Source of the DNA: Hemiscyllium ocellatum | Taxonomy: Eukaryota | Direction: 5' to 3' | Assembly (NCBI RefSeq): GCF_020745735.1 | Contig: NC_083416.1 | Coordinates: 40,387,131 to 40,451,130, forward strand | DNA: 64,000 nt | Part shown: positions 11,158-23,474 of the stretch, piece by piece | How the letters are laid out: every line of letters starts with the position of its first letter | Numbering within the stretch: position 1 is the stretch's first letter | Position numbers and translations under genes: made by a program | Notes under the pieces: generated by a model | Databases searched by the model: none | Told to the model about the DNA's origin: nothing | The model's input: the letters and a program-made list of their open reading frames with translations, nothing else

Positions 11158-11710
11158 GAATGGCACGGTGGTTCAGTCAGCACTACCGCTTCACAGTGTT
11201 AGGGGCCTGGGTTTGATTCCAACCTCAGGCAACTGTGTGGAGCTTGCACAGTGCCTGCATGGGTTTCCTCTGGGATGATCTGAATTCCTCCCACAGTCCA
11301 ATGATGTGCATGTTAAGTGGGTGAGCAATGCTAAATTTTCTATAGTGTTCAAAGGTGTGCAGGTGAGGTAGATTAGCCAAAGGAAATGCAGGATTACCGG
11401 GATAGTGTGGAATGCTTTTTGGAGGGTCAGTGTGGACTCGATGGGTCAATGGGCAAAAGTGAAGACTGCAGATGCTAGAGATTTGAGTTGAGAATGTGGT
11501 GCTGGAAAAGTACAGCAGGTCAGGCAGCATCCGAGGAGCAGGAGAATTGATGTTTCGGACAAAAGCCCTTCATCAGGAAGGTTCCTGATGAAGGACTTTT
11601 GCCCAAAATGTCAATTCTCCTGCTCCTTGGATGCTGCCTGACCTGCTGTACTTTTCCAGCACCACACTCTCAATCGGCCAAATGGCCCAATCCACATTGC
11701 AGGGATGCTA
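11158..11710 (+). mobile_element. Older HE1-type SINE interrupted by a PLE mini-element
   Basis: tRNA head (GGCACGGTGGTTCAG...GGGTTTGATTCC) and V-domain; the tail is split at ~11452/11674. Confidence 0.8.
11452..11673. mobile_element. Fold-back PLE mini-element with two divergent hammerhead motifs
   Basis: 92-bp arms at 11488-11579 and 11582-11673 with a 2-nt loop. Each arm reads CTGATGAAGG(G/A)CTTTTG(T/C)CC(G/C)AAA outward from the centre. Confidence 0.88.
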
Positions 11711-11875
11711 TCAGATTGAAAGTGGATTTCTGACTCATCCCTCTCTATAACCTACCCATGCCAAAGTGTTACACTCCATTAAAATTCACTCTTTTTCAAT
11801 GAATGTTACTGCACTAGACATAGCTACATATTTCCCAATTAATACAGCAGAAGTCATTGCATAGTGATTTGATTA

Positions 11876-12238
11876 CACTCAGACAACCAGGAACATGAAT
11901 TTGACTGGGAAAACACTACCATCATAGGACAAGCCAGACAGAAAACCGCCAGGGAATTCCTAGAGGCATGGCATTCATCCACAAACTCCATTAACAGACA
12001 CATAGACCTGGACCCCATATACAAACCACTACAGCTGAAACAGACACTCGGAAGCGGCAAGAACAAACCACTATAAATACTGGAAGAAACATCAAAGCAG
12101 CGCTTCACAGGAGGCTCCAATAGCACTGATGATGTTCCCTAGCCAGGGAACGAAACGTTTGCAGCAAAAACTTCCAGCTCGGCGAACAGAACCACAACAA
12201 CGGACACCCGAGCTACAAATCTTCAACCAGACTTTAAA
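11876..12238 (+). mobile_element. 5'-truncated Penelope/Poseidon-type element (GIY-YIG C-terminus plus pLTR)
   Basis: Translation HSDNQEHEFDWENTTIIGQARQKTAREFLEAWHSSTNSINRHIDLDPIYKPL. Flanked by GATTTGATTA at 11866-11875 and 12239-12248. Confidence 0.9.
12123..12162 (+). ncRNA. Minimal hammerhead ribozyme, intact core
   Basis: GCA-CUGAUGA-U-GUUCCCU(AGCC)AGGGAAC-GAAA-CG-UU-UGC: 3-bp stem I, 7-bp stem II, palindromic ACGU in place of stem III. Confidence 0.85.
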
Positions 12239-12556
12239 GATTTGATTAAACTATAACAAGTCCAAATGCACTCTTTTCAATCAGTGATTTGAAATTCTGG
12301 GCATGTCCTCAATTTGCAATGATCCACACAGAGAACAATAATTTAGTAAGGGATATTTATATGAGCATAGCATTCTTTATTCAGTGTTTGGATTTTGAAT
12401 TAATGAAAATTGAGTTGGGTCTGTGTCTATGAAGGTGTTGAATGGCTAACTCAATATTTCTTCAGCCATGTTGACAGTATGAGAGAGGGATGTGCTAAAG
12501 AATGATTGTTTTCATTCGGTGTCTTTTACGAATAAACAATTGGGCATTAGATTTCA

Positions 12557-12750
12557 GGGCTGAAAATGTGTTGCTGGAAAAGCGCAGCAAGTCAGGCAGC
12601 ATCAAAGGAGCAGGAGAGTTGATGTTTCGGGTCTGAGTTGATGTTTCCTGAAGAAGGGCTCATGCCCGAAACGTCGACTCTCCTGCTCATTGGATGCTGC
12701 CTGACCTGCTGCGCTTTTCCAGCAACACATTTTCAGCTCTGATCTCCAGT
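12557..12750 (+). mobile_element. Fold-back PLE mini-element
   Basis: GCTGAAAATGTGTTGCTGGAAAAGCGCAGCA... pairs with ...TGCTGCGCTTTTCCAGCAACACATTTTCAGC. The hammerhead is in the right arm. Confidence 0.88.
12645..12678 (+). ncRNA. Minimal hammerhead ribozyme, intact core (weak stem I)
   Basis: UUC-CUGAAGA-A-GGGC(UCAU)GCCC-GAAA-CG-UC-GAC. Confidence 0.75.
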
Positions 12751-13354
12751 TCAAATTTTACACGCAAATTAAAGGGTTTTTTTTTCAAAAACAGTTATTT
12801 ACCAGCAAACAAAAACAGAAATTATGTTATTTAACATCAAGTTGCTCAATTGGTTATTGATATTTTCTGAAAACTGCTGCGGAGCAAAACTACAGAAGCA
12901 TTTATTTAAAAATTTACAGCTTTGACTCACATATGTTGCAAAAGGGTACATATTATTCAGTGTTTTTTATGACAATTACAAGTCATAAATCTTTTTACAA
13001 CCACACTTTGAGGTCCTGAGTTCAGTGCAGAAAGAGATTTAACCAGAAAAACAAGATGGAAGTCTGTGTCTTTAGGTCTCCTTTTTATACTTTAATATTG
13101 CAATTGGTAGTCTTCTCTAACCAAATCCCCCTCTATGTTCAGTGATACTCTCAGTGTCCATAATTTGCATGTTTGTCCTCTAACCACAGCTGGGTCACAG
13201 CAGGACTTTTTCACCTTCCTTCAAAAAGGCACTCACTTGCTTCTCATTCCCTCTCAATATCCCAAACAACTCCTCACTCAGATAAAGGTCGAGTGGTGTA
13301 AATGAAATAAAAATCGAAGACAGCATGACTGGCGCAAGTATATGGTGTTAGGGT

Positions 13355-14130
13355 TACAGAACGTGAAAACACAGGAGCAATAATCATGTGGCATCTTGAA
13401 CCTGTTCTCTTATTTAATACAGTCATGGCTGATTTGACCTTGACCTCATTTCCAATTTGCTGTCAGTTCGCCATAATCCTCGATTCCTTCGACTTTGTTC
13501 TCCTCTCTGCTTTATGTGGGTGACCCCTTATTATGAAACAATGGCCCGTTTCTAGATTTCCTCACAAGGGGAAACATCCTCTCAACATTATCCTGGGCCC
13601 TCTCAGAATCTTACACATTTCAATAAAATCACATCTCCTTCTTCTAAACTGCAATGTATATGGGACCAACCTGATTTATTTTTCCTCATAAGACAAACGA
13701 TTCACCACAGGAATCGACAAAGTGAATCTTCTCTGAGCTGCCTTCAATGTAAACAAATCCAGCATCGATGTCGTTCACAGGAAGCAGCAAACTGAACCTT
13801 TGAGGTAAATGACCTGGTTTTCTTGCCAAGCTTTCCTGATGTTTGGTTTTTATGCTGAGTTTGCTTAGATGGGAAGCTGAATATAAATGGTTTATGGCAT
13901 AGCAAGGCATTTATAAAGTGTTAATCCCCATCATTAGTGCCTTGCTGCTCCCTCGTGAAATCTTAAATTCTTAATTTCTTAAATAAGGATTCTGAAACTG
14001 CACGCAGATGCCTAGTTGCGGTCTCAGTAATGGACTATACAGTTGCTACAAGACTTTTCTATTTTTATACATCATTCCCTCTTGAAATTAAGACCAAACA
14101 TCAATTGTTTTTATAAATACTTGCTGCTCC
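13355..14130 (-). mobile_element. Decayed CR1 3' region with a ~200-bp insert at ~13760-13970
   Basis: CR1 tail-like start (ACAGGAGCA..). The RT C-terminal antisense text CTGCCTTCAATG..|..TTCTTAAATAAGG..AAACTGCAC resumes after the insert. Confidence 0.7.
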
Positions 14131-14454
14131 TGCCTGTTAGTATTTTGAGCAGAATCTTGTCGGGGTCTAATCAACATGTGCTATGGTTAGATGAGCAGCA
14201 GGGTTGGTTGACAAGTCCAGCAAAGCCAACCTGGAGTTCATCTTGCTTCAGCTTACATGTTTTTCACAAGTGATGTGGCACGATTTTCTCTCGGTAGCAG
14301 CGAGATGCTAATAATGGAGATTAATGCTTCTTAAGTGCCTTACTAAGGCCACAACTCATCTCATAAACACATCCTCTCATTTTAACAAATTCGCCAAATA
14401 AGCTAAACATCAGGGAAGCTTAGTAAAAAGCCAGATTTTGAACTTGGTGGATTA

Positions 14455-14930
14455 TTAACATACAACAGCACAGCACAGCACAGCATGGGAACAGATTGTT
14501 CGGCCCATCACATCTCTGCCATCCATGATGCTTCTACACTAATCTCATCTGCCTGGACATGGTCTATATCCTTCTTTTCTCTGCATCAGGAATAAACCCA
14601 TTCCTGTTGAAGGGCTCCTGTCCGAAACTTCGATTTTCCTGCTCCTCGGATGCTGCCTGACCTGCTGTGCTTTTCCAGCTCCAATCTAAACTTGACTCTG
14701 ATCTCCAGCATCTGCAGTCCTCACTTTCGCCTCCTTCTTTCCTCTGCCTGTTCATCTGTCTAAATGCCTCCAAAATATTGCTATCATATCTGCTTCTACC
14801 ACCTGCCCTGGTAGCATATTGCACACACCTACCACCCACTGCATAAAAAAAGTACTTCACACAGATCCTTTGAACTTTCCCCCTCTCATCTTAACCCGTG
14901 CCTCTAGTATTTGATATTTCTACCCTCTGA
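14455..14930 (-). mobile_element. CR1 3' end interrupted by a PLE mini-element
   Basis: ACAGCATGGGAACAG..TTCGGCCCATC tail; antisense FFYAVGG..WN-like region. Confidence 0.75.
14585..14731 (+). mobile_element. PLE pLTR mini-element with 16-bp TSD (hammerhead core mutated to CUGUUGA)
   Basis: TCCTTCTTTTCTCTGC at 14569-14584 and TCCTTCTTTCCTCTGC at 14732-14747. Confidence 0.85.
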
Positions 14931-15074
14931 TCACCCTGTCACTAAATGCGTCATCCTACAAACACATTCCAATGGCAGATACTCATCCCAAATTCACAGC
15001 AGGATGGACAAGATGTTTACTCCTACACCACCCACTGCTGGAATCGCTCCCATTCCTTTTCTTCACATTTAACA

Positions 15075-15648
15075 GAGTCATAAAGTCATAGAGATATACA
15101 GCACAGATACAGACCCTTTGGTCCCACTTGTCCATGCCAACCAGATATCCTGCATAAATCTAATCCCACTTGTCAGCATTTGGCCCATATCCCTCTAAAC
15201 TCTTCCTATTCATATAAAATGCTGTAATTGTATCAGCCTCCATCACTTCCTCTGGTAGCTCATTCCACATGCATACCAGCCTCAGCATGATCAAGTTGCC
15301 CCTTAGGTCCCTTCAAAATGTTTCCTCTCTCACCTTAAACCTATGCCTTCTTAGTTTTGACTCCCCACCCTAGGGAAAAGACCTTGCCTGTTTACTTGAT
15401 CCATGCCTCTCATGATTTTTTGAATCTCCATAAGGTCACCCTTCAGTGCCTGATGCTCCAGGGAAAACAGCCCAACCTATTCAGCCTCTCCTTTTACTCA
15501 AATCCTCCAACCCTGTAACATCCTCATAAATCTTTTCTGGAACCCTTTCAAGTTTCACAACATCCTTCCTATTGGAGGAAACCAGAATTGCATACAATAT
15601 CAAAAATGGCAAACCAATGTCCTGTACAGCTGCAACATGACCTCCCAT
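15075..15648 (-). mobile_element. HER1/CR1 LINE 3' end
   Basis: Reverse complement closely matches the plus-strand copy at ~53750-54312, including the AGAGTCATA tail repeats. Confidence 0.9.
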
Positions 15649-17129
15649 TGATGGCTGGTAGCTGCTGCAAGTGCTACCACAATCCCCCTTCCTATGACAG
15701 TTTATGGGGCTATTTAGTAGTCCTGGTGAAGAATGGACTACAAATGAGTCTTAGCAAAAGAGACAATTAGCCTCGGTAACAAGATAAAGATTATTACATT
15801 TCAATGACTATATTCTGGTTACATTTACTCTGAGGCACATTGACTCTTTCTAACCAGAGGCACATAAGACAGTTACATCTCCATCTGGAGCCTGTCTCAT
15901 AACTCCAACAGTAGCTACCCCCAGACTGCAAGTTATGTATCTTATATATCTGAGTCACCTTAGGTAATTAACACTTTCATTTCCACTACATTATGCCACA
16001 ATAATTGGACTCAAATTAGACTAAACATGTCCAGCTATTGCAGTGCTCAGTCACCTATACAGGCAACTTCGTGAAATGTCCTGAGAAAATGATGCCAGCA
16101 ATATTATGAATGGGAATGACACATTAAATCTTTTCCTGCGTGCTCTAGGGCTGTACTAATTTGTTTCCAGACATGAAGACTCAGAACTCAGCTCAATGAA
16201 TCTGAAAGTACTGGAGATAATTCAAAACATTAGGCATTAAATCTCTTGTTCTGATTAAACTGAGGTATGTTAAGGTTCATATGAGCAAGGAAACCATCAT
16301 TGAGATGTTTTAATTGATTACTAAATACCTGGATGTAATGTAAATGCAGTTGCTGAACCTATAGAATTAGTTTCAGCAACCTTGCAGCCTTTCCAAGCTC
16401 CTAACAGAACTTTTGAGGGCAGAATGCCAAGTTACACAGCTGAAATGGTGTAATTAAAAGATTGCTAAAGTCAAGTGTTTTCTTTACAAACTGTAATCGA
16501 CAGTGATTTTATTTCTTGAACATGTGAGTAATGTGTGAGACCTCAAATTTCATCTTTTTGATTATTTTTAAATTGCATGGATTTACATATCAGCTTCTAC
16601 ATAACTCACTTTTATCAGTAAATGACAGACTGTTACATTTTAACACAAGCTTTTGAGTAACAAAGCTCTAATTGAAATTGTGCTTCATGCTTCCTGTACA
16701 AACATAGCCCAGTGAACAATGAATAAAGGCCTGGGCAAAACCAGGAGGTGCCTAGGTTTCTGAAAAAGAGCATGAGGACACCAGTTTCATAAAAAATGGA
16801 GCCAGGAGCTTGTAAAATAATATGAGGGAGCATGTGTGCAGCATCATAAAGAGAAGCTCGGACCTATGTGAGAAAGTAAAAGACAGCAGGAGATAAAATC
16901 CAGCAACAGGGAATCACTTCAATTAGATTCATCATGCAAGAACTGAAATGTGACACCACAGGTAGATGATTGGTGGGTATTTCTACCTTGTCTTCCAATT
17001 GGCCAACTGGTTTCAATCAGGATACGTAACTATAGATGATAAGTACAGTTAGGAAATTCACCTTTAAAATATTTAACACTCAAATGAACTAACTGAGTAG
17101 AACAGGTAAGGCAATGTGTTGCAGCTGTA

Positions 17130-17875
17130 ACATGGGGGAGCTGGTAGATTCCAATCTGAGCATATCTGCAACAAGTTGGCTTCAGCCAGAGTTGCTGAGT
17201 TGGAGTCTGAGCTGTGGATATTGTGACACAGCAGAGAGTGAGGAACTTACATGGCACTGTTTCAGGCGACAGTCTTACCTCTTTGATTAATTACAGCAAG
17301 TTTAGTTTGTGGTCAGGGACAGCAAAATAGGAATGTGAATGAGGTAGGTATAGAGAGCCAGAATTTTGATTTGGAGGAGCCTCAGCGAGCAACCTTACCC
17401 AATAAGTACAGGGTTCTTGTTCCCATTGTGGGTGAAGGCACAGACTCAAGAGGATGAGAGAAAAAAAATACACAAAAGGACTACAGATGCTAGATATCAA
17501 AAACAAAAACAGAAATTGTTGGAAATACTCAGCAAGTCTGACAGCATTTACCAGTATTTAGGAGATGTCATAATTAGAAGAATAGATACTCTTCTCTGTA
17601 GCAAAGACAGAAAGTCTGGAAGGCTGGGTTGCCTATGTGATTTCAACATTCAGGACATCTCTTCTGGCCTGGAGAGGAACTTGGATTGGGCGAGGAAGGA
17701 TCCAGTTGTCATGGGCCAAATAAGTATTAACAACAGTTAAAATAAGGAACATGTTCTATCAAGGAATTATGAGCAGCTTAGGGCTAAATTAGAAAGGTGT
17801 CCCACAGACAGTCAGGTCTTAGAATTGCTACTTGAATCACATGAAAACTATGATAGTGTAAATAAGATTATCAAG
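17130..17875 (+). mobile_element. CR1 ORF1 relic (SGNH-esterase domain) with a pLTR fragment at ~17470-17550
   Basis: LGDVIIRRIDTLLC..RLGCL....QDISSGLERNL....DPVVMGQISINN matches the GDS..CLPGA..HVGTND esterase blocks of CR1 ORF1. Confidence 0.75.
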
Positions 17876-17884
17876 TCTTGATTT

Positions 17885-18455
17885 GAAAAAGTAGCAAGTA
17901 GCATTCCCACCGTGCAAATGCAATCCAATGACCAAGATGAGAGAAATTAACCTTCATTCTTTAGCACTCCATGATGTTGCAATTATAAAATTACCACTGC
18001 TAGCAACATCTTTGGGTTATCATTGACCAGAAACTGAATTGGACTAGTCATACAAATAAGCGGCTATAAGAGCAGGTCAGAAACTATGAATTCTGCAGGG
18101 ACCACTTCTCCTCCTGGCTCCTCAAAGTCTGTCCATCATTTACAAGGTACAAGTCAGGAATATGATGGAGTATCCTTCACTTGCCTAGATGCATGTAGCA
18201 ACAGCACTGAAGAAACTTCAGACCATCTAGGGCAATGCAGCCCACTTGTTTGGCACCACATCCCCAAACATCCACTCCCTCCACCATCAGTAGTGTGTGC
18301 CATTTACGTGATGCACTGGAGAAATCGATATTGAGAATTACCGCAAATTATTAGAGATTATTAATACACTTTCAGTGTGGGAAAATATTCAGCAAATTAA
18401 ATTCACCAAAGCTCCTTAGATAGCACCTTCCAAGCTTATGATCACTACCATCTGA
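17885..18455 (+). mobile_element. CR1/L2-group LINE of a second family, RT C-terminal relic
   Basis: Translates to NIFGL/TIDQKLNWTSH...IYKVQVRNMMEY..CL. The same family appears antisense at 31170-31460 and 42215-42590. Confidence 0.7.
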
Positions 18456-18569
18456 AGGAATTGCTCCCCTTGCTACTGATTTCCACTTTCTTTCTCAACA
18501 CTCTTGGGTAACAAAGTGTCTTCTGAATTTTGGATTGGATTTCTTGGTTACAATTTTATAGAGTTGGGT

Positions 18570-18885
18570 TCTGTAGTTATACTTTACATCAAAGGAGAAA
18601 CTCTTCTCCTTATGTCCACTCAATCAAATCTTTTCATTGTTATAAAGGTCTCCCTTCAGTTTCTCTTTGTCGAGTAAAAAGTGAGCGGACCTATTTATTT
18701 TCTGATATGTTAGCTCCATATTTCTGGCATCCATCCTTGTATATCTTTTCTTCACTTTCTCCAGAGACTCTATGTTAACGTTTTTTTTCATAAAGCAATC
18801 AGAAATGAGCACTGTATTGTTCATCCAAATCTGGTTATAATCAAGATTGGATACACATTGACCTAAATCTAATGTATACATTATC
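18570..18885 (-). mobile_element. CR1 RT C-terminal fragment
   Basis: NIESLEKVKKRYTRM...LKGDL in ORF 18624-18887. Confidence 0.7.
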
Positions 18886-19029
18886 ACATATTACTACTTG
18901 TTTAATTCTATCCTTCTAGGCATAGCTGGTTTCTTATGTTATGACTTTTATAGATTTGTACATTGAGAATTTTTTAGCCTTCTATCCCATGGAGACCTCC
19001 ATGTTTCAGTCAGTAAGTGACCTCCTATT

Positions 19030-19675
19030 CATCTGGGAGAACAGAAAGCTGATGTCACACACTAAGATTATGGCAGTAGGAACTGACAGGAGCATCATCC
19101 CAATGCCTTCCACCTTTGCAGCCTGAGACACATCCTTGGACATCAAGGGGACTGACTGAGTTACCAACCATGAGGTCCTGGCGTGCACCCAGATACCCAG
19201 CCTCTTCACCCTGCGCCAGCAACGCCGTATCTGCCGGCTGGGCCACATACACCACATGTCAGGTGAGAGGATCCTGCTGTATGGGGAATTGGCCTCTGGT
19301 AAGAGAGCACAAGGGTGACCCCATCTTCATTTAAAAATGTCTGCAAGAGAGACATGAAGTCACTGAACATGAACATCAAGACTTGGGAGGACATTGCAAG
19401 TGATCGCTCTCAGTGGAGGTAGGAATTACGTAGTGATCTAAAAAGAGGAGAAGAGAAGCTGAGGGTTGTTGCTGAAGAAAAGCCCACCTGCCGAGAAAAC
19501 AGCACCAAAACAATGCCGAAGGGCAGCGCCATCGAGTCCAGTCGCTGCAGCCAAGACTGTCACTCCTATGTGGGCCTCTACAGCCACAACTGACACTGCT
19601 CTACCAACACAGATTGAAGCAAGTATTCCCAGGTGCAGATCCATGGTCTCGCAAGACTAACGGATGCAATCAGCT
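19030..19675 (+). mobile_element. RTE-clade LINE 3' end
   Basis: WENRKL..TK, AFHLCSLRHIL, VTNHEVL, LGHIHHM, LLYGELASGKRAQG.P, KRDMKSLN..WEDIASDRSQWR, and a terminal DCHS.VGLYSH zinc-finger-like motif. Confidence 0.9.
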
Positions 19676-21247
19676 ATTCTTCCTACTGTTGAATTTAATT
19701 TTCTGAATATTTCCCTCTCTAAAAATATATTAATATTTGACAATAATTTATTATACTTCTCCTCAGTATTGATTTTCCCCAGAATTTAGTTTCATCCAAA
19801 AATGTAGAAATTGTGAAGAGAATATTATTAAGGCAGTTGGACTTTTATCAGTTGGTTGGAAACCCAGTTAGAGACCCATTTTGCCTCTTCCATAGAAGGC
19901 AAGCCAGACCATACACTCATCAGATAGAGGTGAGGCATTCCTCTGGGATCAAGACTCTGGGAGACAGGTAGTTCTTCTGCTCTGCAATGCTCTGGAGGAG
20001 GTTATGACTATTTTTGGAAGAGCACCTCTGAAGTTCCAAGAGTGCAGAGAGCTCCTGACAAGATATTTGATGTCAGATTGGTGCTTGTGGGACAGGGAAG
20101 GCATGGTGACTGGGAATACTGACTGCTTCGATCAAAGGAACCAAGGCCACTCCTGTCCTGAGTGACAAGCTGCCCAGAGGGTAGCAGCTATCAAGAATGA
20201 CATATGGTAAAATGACATATGGGTGAACCCTAGTAGAAGTGGCCTAAGACCCTTAAATGGCTCTTCATTGATCACTTAAGGCCTTCATTGGTGGTAAAGA
20301 ATGGAAGAACTTTAAACTAAATAGTGGCGCAAATTTGGCACACTTTCACGAAAAATTATGGAAAAAGTTTAAGAGGAAAGGGCTAAGGTTTTTAAAGCTT
20401 CCAGAAAAAGTAATAGGGCAGAAAGAGTGGAAAAAAATCAGGAATCTAACTTCAGGCACAACAGATGAGAGGACAATTATAAGAAGGGAGCAGGTCTGAG
20501 GGTGTTATACTTAAATTGACGCAATGTACAAAACAAAGGAAATTAGTTTGTAGCTGAGATTGAAATGATGAGGTGTGTATTGTGGGTATCACGGAGACAT
20601 AGCTGCAAGGGAATCAGGGCTCTGAAGTAAATATCCAAGGATACATGTCCTATTGAAAGTACAGGCAGATAGGCGGAGGGGATTGTGTTGCCTTGTTCAG
20701 AAGAAATGAAATGAAATTGATAGCAGAAAGTGATAGACAGTCAGCAAGAGTAGAATCTATGTGGGTAGGGTTGAGAAGCCTCATTGGAAAGTAGACCCTG
20801 ATGGGAGTTCTGTACTGGCCTTCTAGAAGGAGTCAGGATGTGGGAAAGAAATAAATCAGGAGATAGAAAAGACATGTAAGAAAGGAAGTATTACAATAAT
20901 TATGAGGGACTTCAAATGGAGGTGGAATAGTAAGACCAGATAGGTAATGGATCTTAAGAAATGGAACCAATGAAATTTCTGTGAGATTTCTTTGGAGCAA
21001 CTTGTGTTAGTGCCCACTGGGGAACAGACAATTCTCGATTTGGTGAAGTGTAATGAGCAAGCTTTAGTAGGGAGCTTAATGTGAAGGAATCCCTGAGGTG
21101 GAGAACATCATTTGATAGAATTCACCCTGCAGTTTGAGAGGCAGAAACTGGAGTCAGATGTAACTGCATTACAGTTGAGTAAAGGTTCCCACAAAGGCAT
21201 GAAGGAGGAGCTGACCTAGCTTGGTTGAAAGGGGAGGCTGCAGGGGT

Positions 21248-21425
21248 TAAAAATGTGTTGCTGGAAAAGCGCAGCAGGCCAGGCAGCATCCAAGGAGAAA
21301 GAGAATCGGGCTTATGCCTGAAACGTCGAATCTCCTTCTCCTTTGATGTTGCCTGACCTGCTGCACTTTTCCAGCAACACATTTCTAAGCTCTGATCCCC
21401 AGCATCTGCAGTCCTCACTTTTTCC
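21248..21425 (+). mobile_element. Fold-back PLE mini-element with perfect 14-bp TSD
   Basis: GAGGCTGCAGGGGT at 21234-21247 and 21426-21439. Inverted arms present; the 5' half of the hammerhead is deleted. Confidence 0.9.
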
Positions 21426-21571
21426 GAGGCTGCAGGGGTGACATGGAGCAACAATGGTAGGGGTTTCTGGGGGTAATTCAGCAGGCACAATAGAAATTCA
21501 TCCCAAGGAAGAAGAGGCATACAAAGGGGAGGATGGAGTATCCATGGTTGATGGGAAGTCAGGGACAGTAT

Positions 21572-23474
21572 TGTAGCAGCATATGGCCACAGTTGAGATA
21601 ATGGCTGCCTGGGGCTTTTTAGCTGACGTAAGATAACCAAGAAAGGGATAAGCTCTTTCATGTAGCAGATGTTCACAGCAATATTTGTGGTGCCCATACA
21701 GAGTTACTAGATAACATAATGAAAGGTCCCGTGGCAGTCATAAAAGAGTCCCGATGAGAAGAAAAGACAAGAGAATTTAATCAGGTTTCTGTATACAGGC
21801 GGCTTTAAGCACATAAACATTTTTTGATAAGAAAGTATCCTGAAACAACTTAAATAAGAGACATCTAGGAATAACCATTTATAGTCCAGCAAGAACCAAA
21901 AGTAAAGTATGATCCCACAATAATCTAGACTTTTTTGTTAATTGTCATTACATATTAAACATACCCATGTGTGTATTGTGAAATTTAAAATGCAGCCTAT
22001 ACCTACTATGCAGGGATTTAGTTGAATTCTTATAAGCAGCAAATATTAGACAGTAAAAAGAGCCCCCCCTCATTATCAGGACAGGTAGAGTGACTAATAT
22101 TATAAACAGACAACCTCTTTGAAAGCAAAAGAGGTTGGAAAACATGGTAGATAAGCAATTGCAGATTAAGTGCAAATCCTTACACCCAAAGACCAAGGGA
22201 AAGATGGCAGAAATAAATTATAAGATGATGGTGCAGTGAGGTCTTGTCCTGGTTTACCTTGAGAATCTCAATAAGTTCATTTTAGTGACTTAGTAAAGCT
22301 ATGCAAGTGACTGAATATCACCTTATCAATAAAACCTGAATTGATACTATCTTAGAATCCCTACAGTGTGGAAACAAGCCCTTCAACCCAACAAGCCCAC
22401 ACCACACCAACCCTCTGCAGAGTATCCTGCCCAAATCCATTCCCCTACCCTGTCACTCCACTTTTACCCCTTACTAATGTACCTAACCTGATCACTAAGG
22501 GCAATTTAGCAAGGCCAATTCACCTAACCTGCACATCTTTGGATCGTGGGAGGAAACCAGAGCACCCAGAGGGGACCCACACAGACACGGAGAGAGTGTA
22601 CAACCTCCATACAGACAGTAACTCGAAGCTGGAATCAAACCCAGGTCCCTGGTGCTTAAAGAGCACCCTATCCAGACCCATCTCCTAACTTATCACTTAA
22701 CTGTGTATTTCTCACTGCTAATCTTATTTAGTAAAATGACTTAATTTAGAGTAGAGACAGTAAGAGTTATCAAGGATTAAACTTTGTGTTGAAAGCCAAT
22801 TTACAGCATGCAAATAGCAGGGATCATAAACTGCAGCTGCAAGACAGAGAGACAATGGTTGTTGATCTATCAGGGTTAACTGAGCTAGAAGCTGCCCCCA
22901 ATTTATTCGCCTTGTTAAAGAACTGTGACATTAGGTGTGACTACATAACTTTATATAGGAACTGAGATTTCAAATTTTCAACAATTAGTAGAAATTAACA
23001 TCCTTTCTGGTCTTCTGGTCTAAGATTAGCAGGGAATATAAATGGCAACACAGAATTTGAAAAAGGTCTTAGTGATAAGTAAGTATCCAGTTTATTGCTG
23101 TGACTCAACTGGCAAATGTCTGAGAAAGATTATACTTGTCAGACGCATTGCAAGATCCCAAAGACAGATGATGGTGGTTTCTGGTAAATATCACAGGATT
23201 AGGGGAGGGGATCTGGGATATCTGTAGAGTTCTCCATAATGTGGTTACAGGATTGGAAGTATAGATCAGGGGGATGTGACTAATAATGACATCAGTGTTG
23301 CTTGTAATTATTAGAAGCAAAATGTATAAAAATGCTGTACTTGACTGAGAGAGCTCAAGCGTCCTAATCTGGGACCTCCCCCATGCTGCGTGCTGTAGAC
23401 CTCTCAATGAAGGTCAATTGTGCTGCCAAACATGGAACACCAGACTCGTCTTTGATATTTCCCTCCATTAGACA
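21572..23474 (+). mobile_element. Probable long solo LTR (TG...CA, 4-bp TSD) inserted in CR1
   Basis: GTAT|TGTAGC ... TTAGACA|GCAT, with CR1 resuming on both sides. TATAAAA at 23325 and AATGAA at 23406 lie before the CA end. Confidence 0.65.
22352..22656 (-). mobile_element. HE1-type SINE nested in the solo LTR
   Basis: Homologous to 2600-2913. Confidence 0.88.

Noticed and set aside
15650-16030. Solo LTR on the minus strand (TGTAGTG start, TATATAAG)
   Set aside because: No matching second terminus or TSD could be found.
19820-20330. MITE-like blocks (also ~29580-29810, 33330-33730, 38640-39130)
   Set aside because: They resemble old non-autonomous DNA elements, but TIRs and TSDs could not be defined by eye.
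21122-21697. Longest ORF in the track (191 aa, minus)
   Set aside because: Chimeric antisense read through LTR, CR1 and the PLE mini-element.
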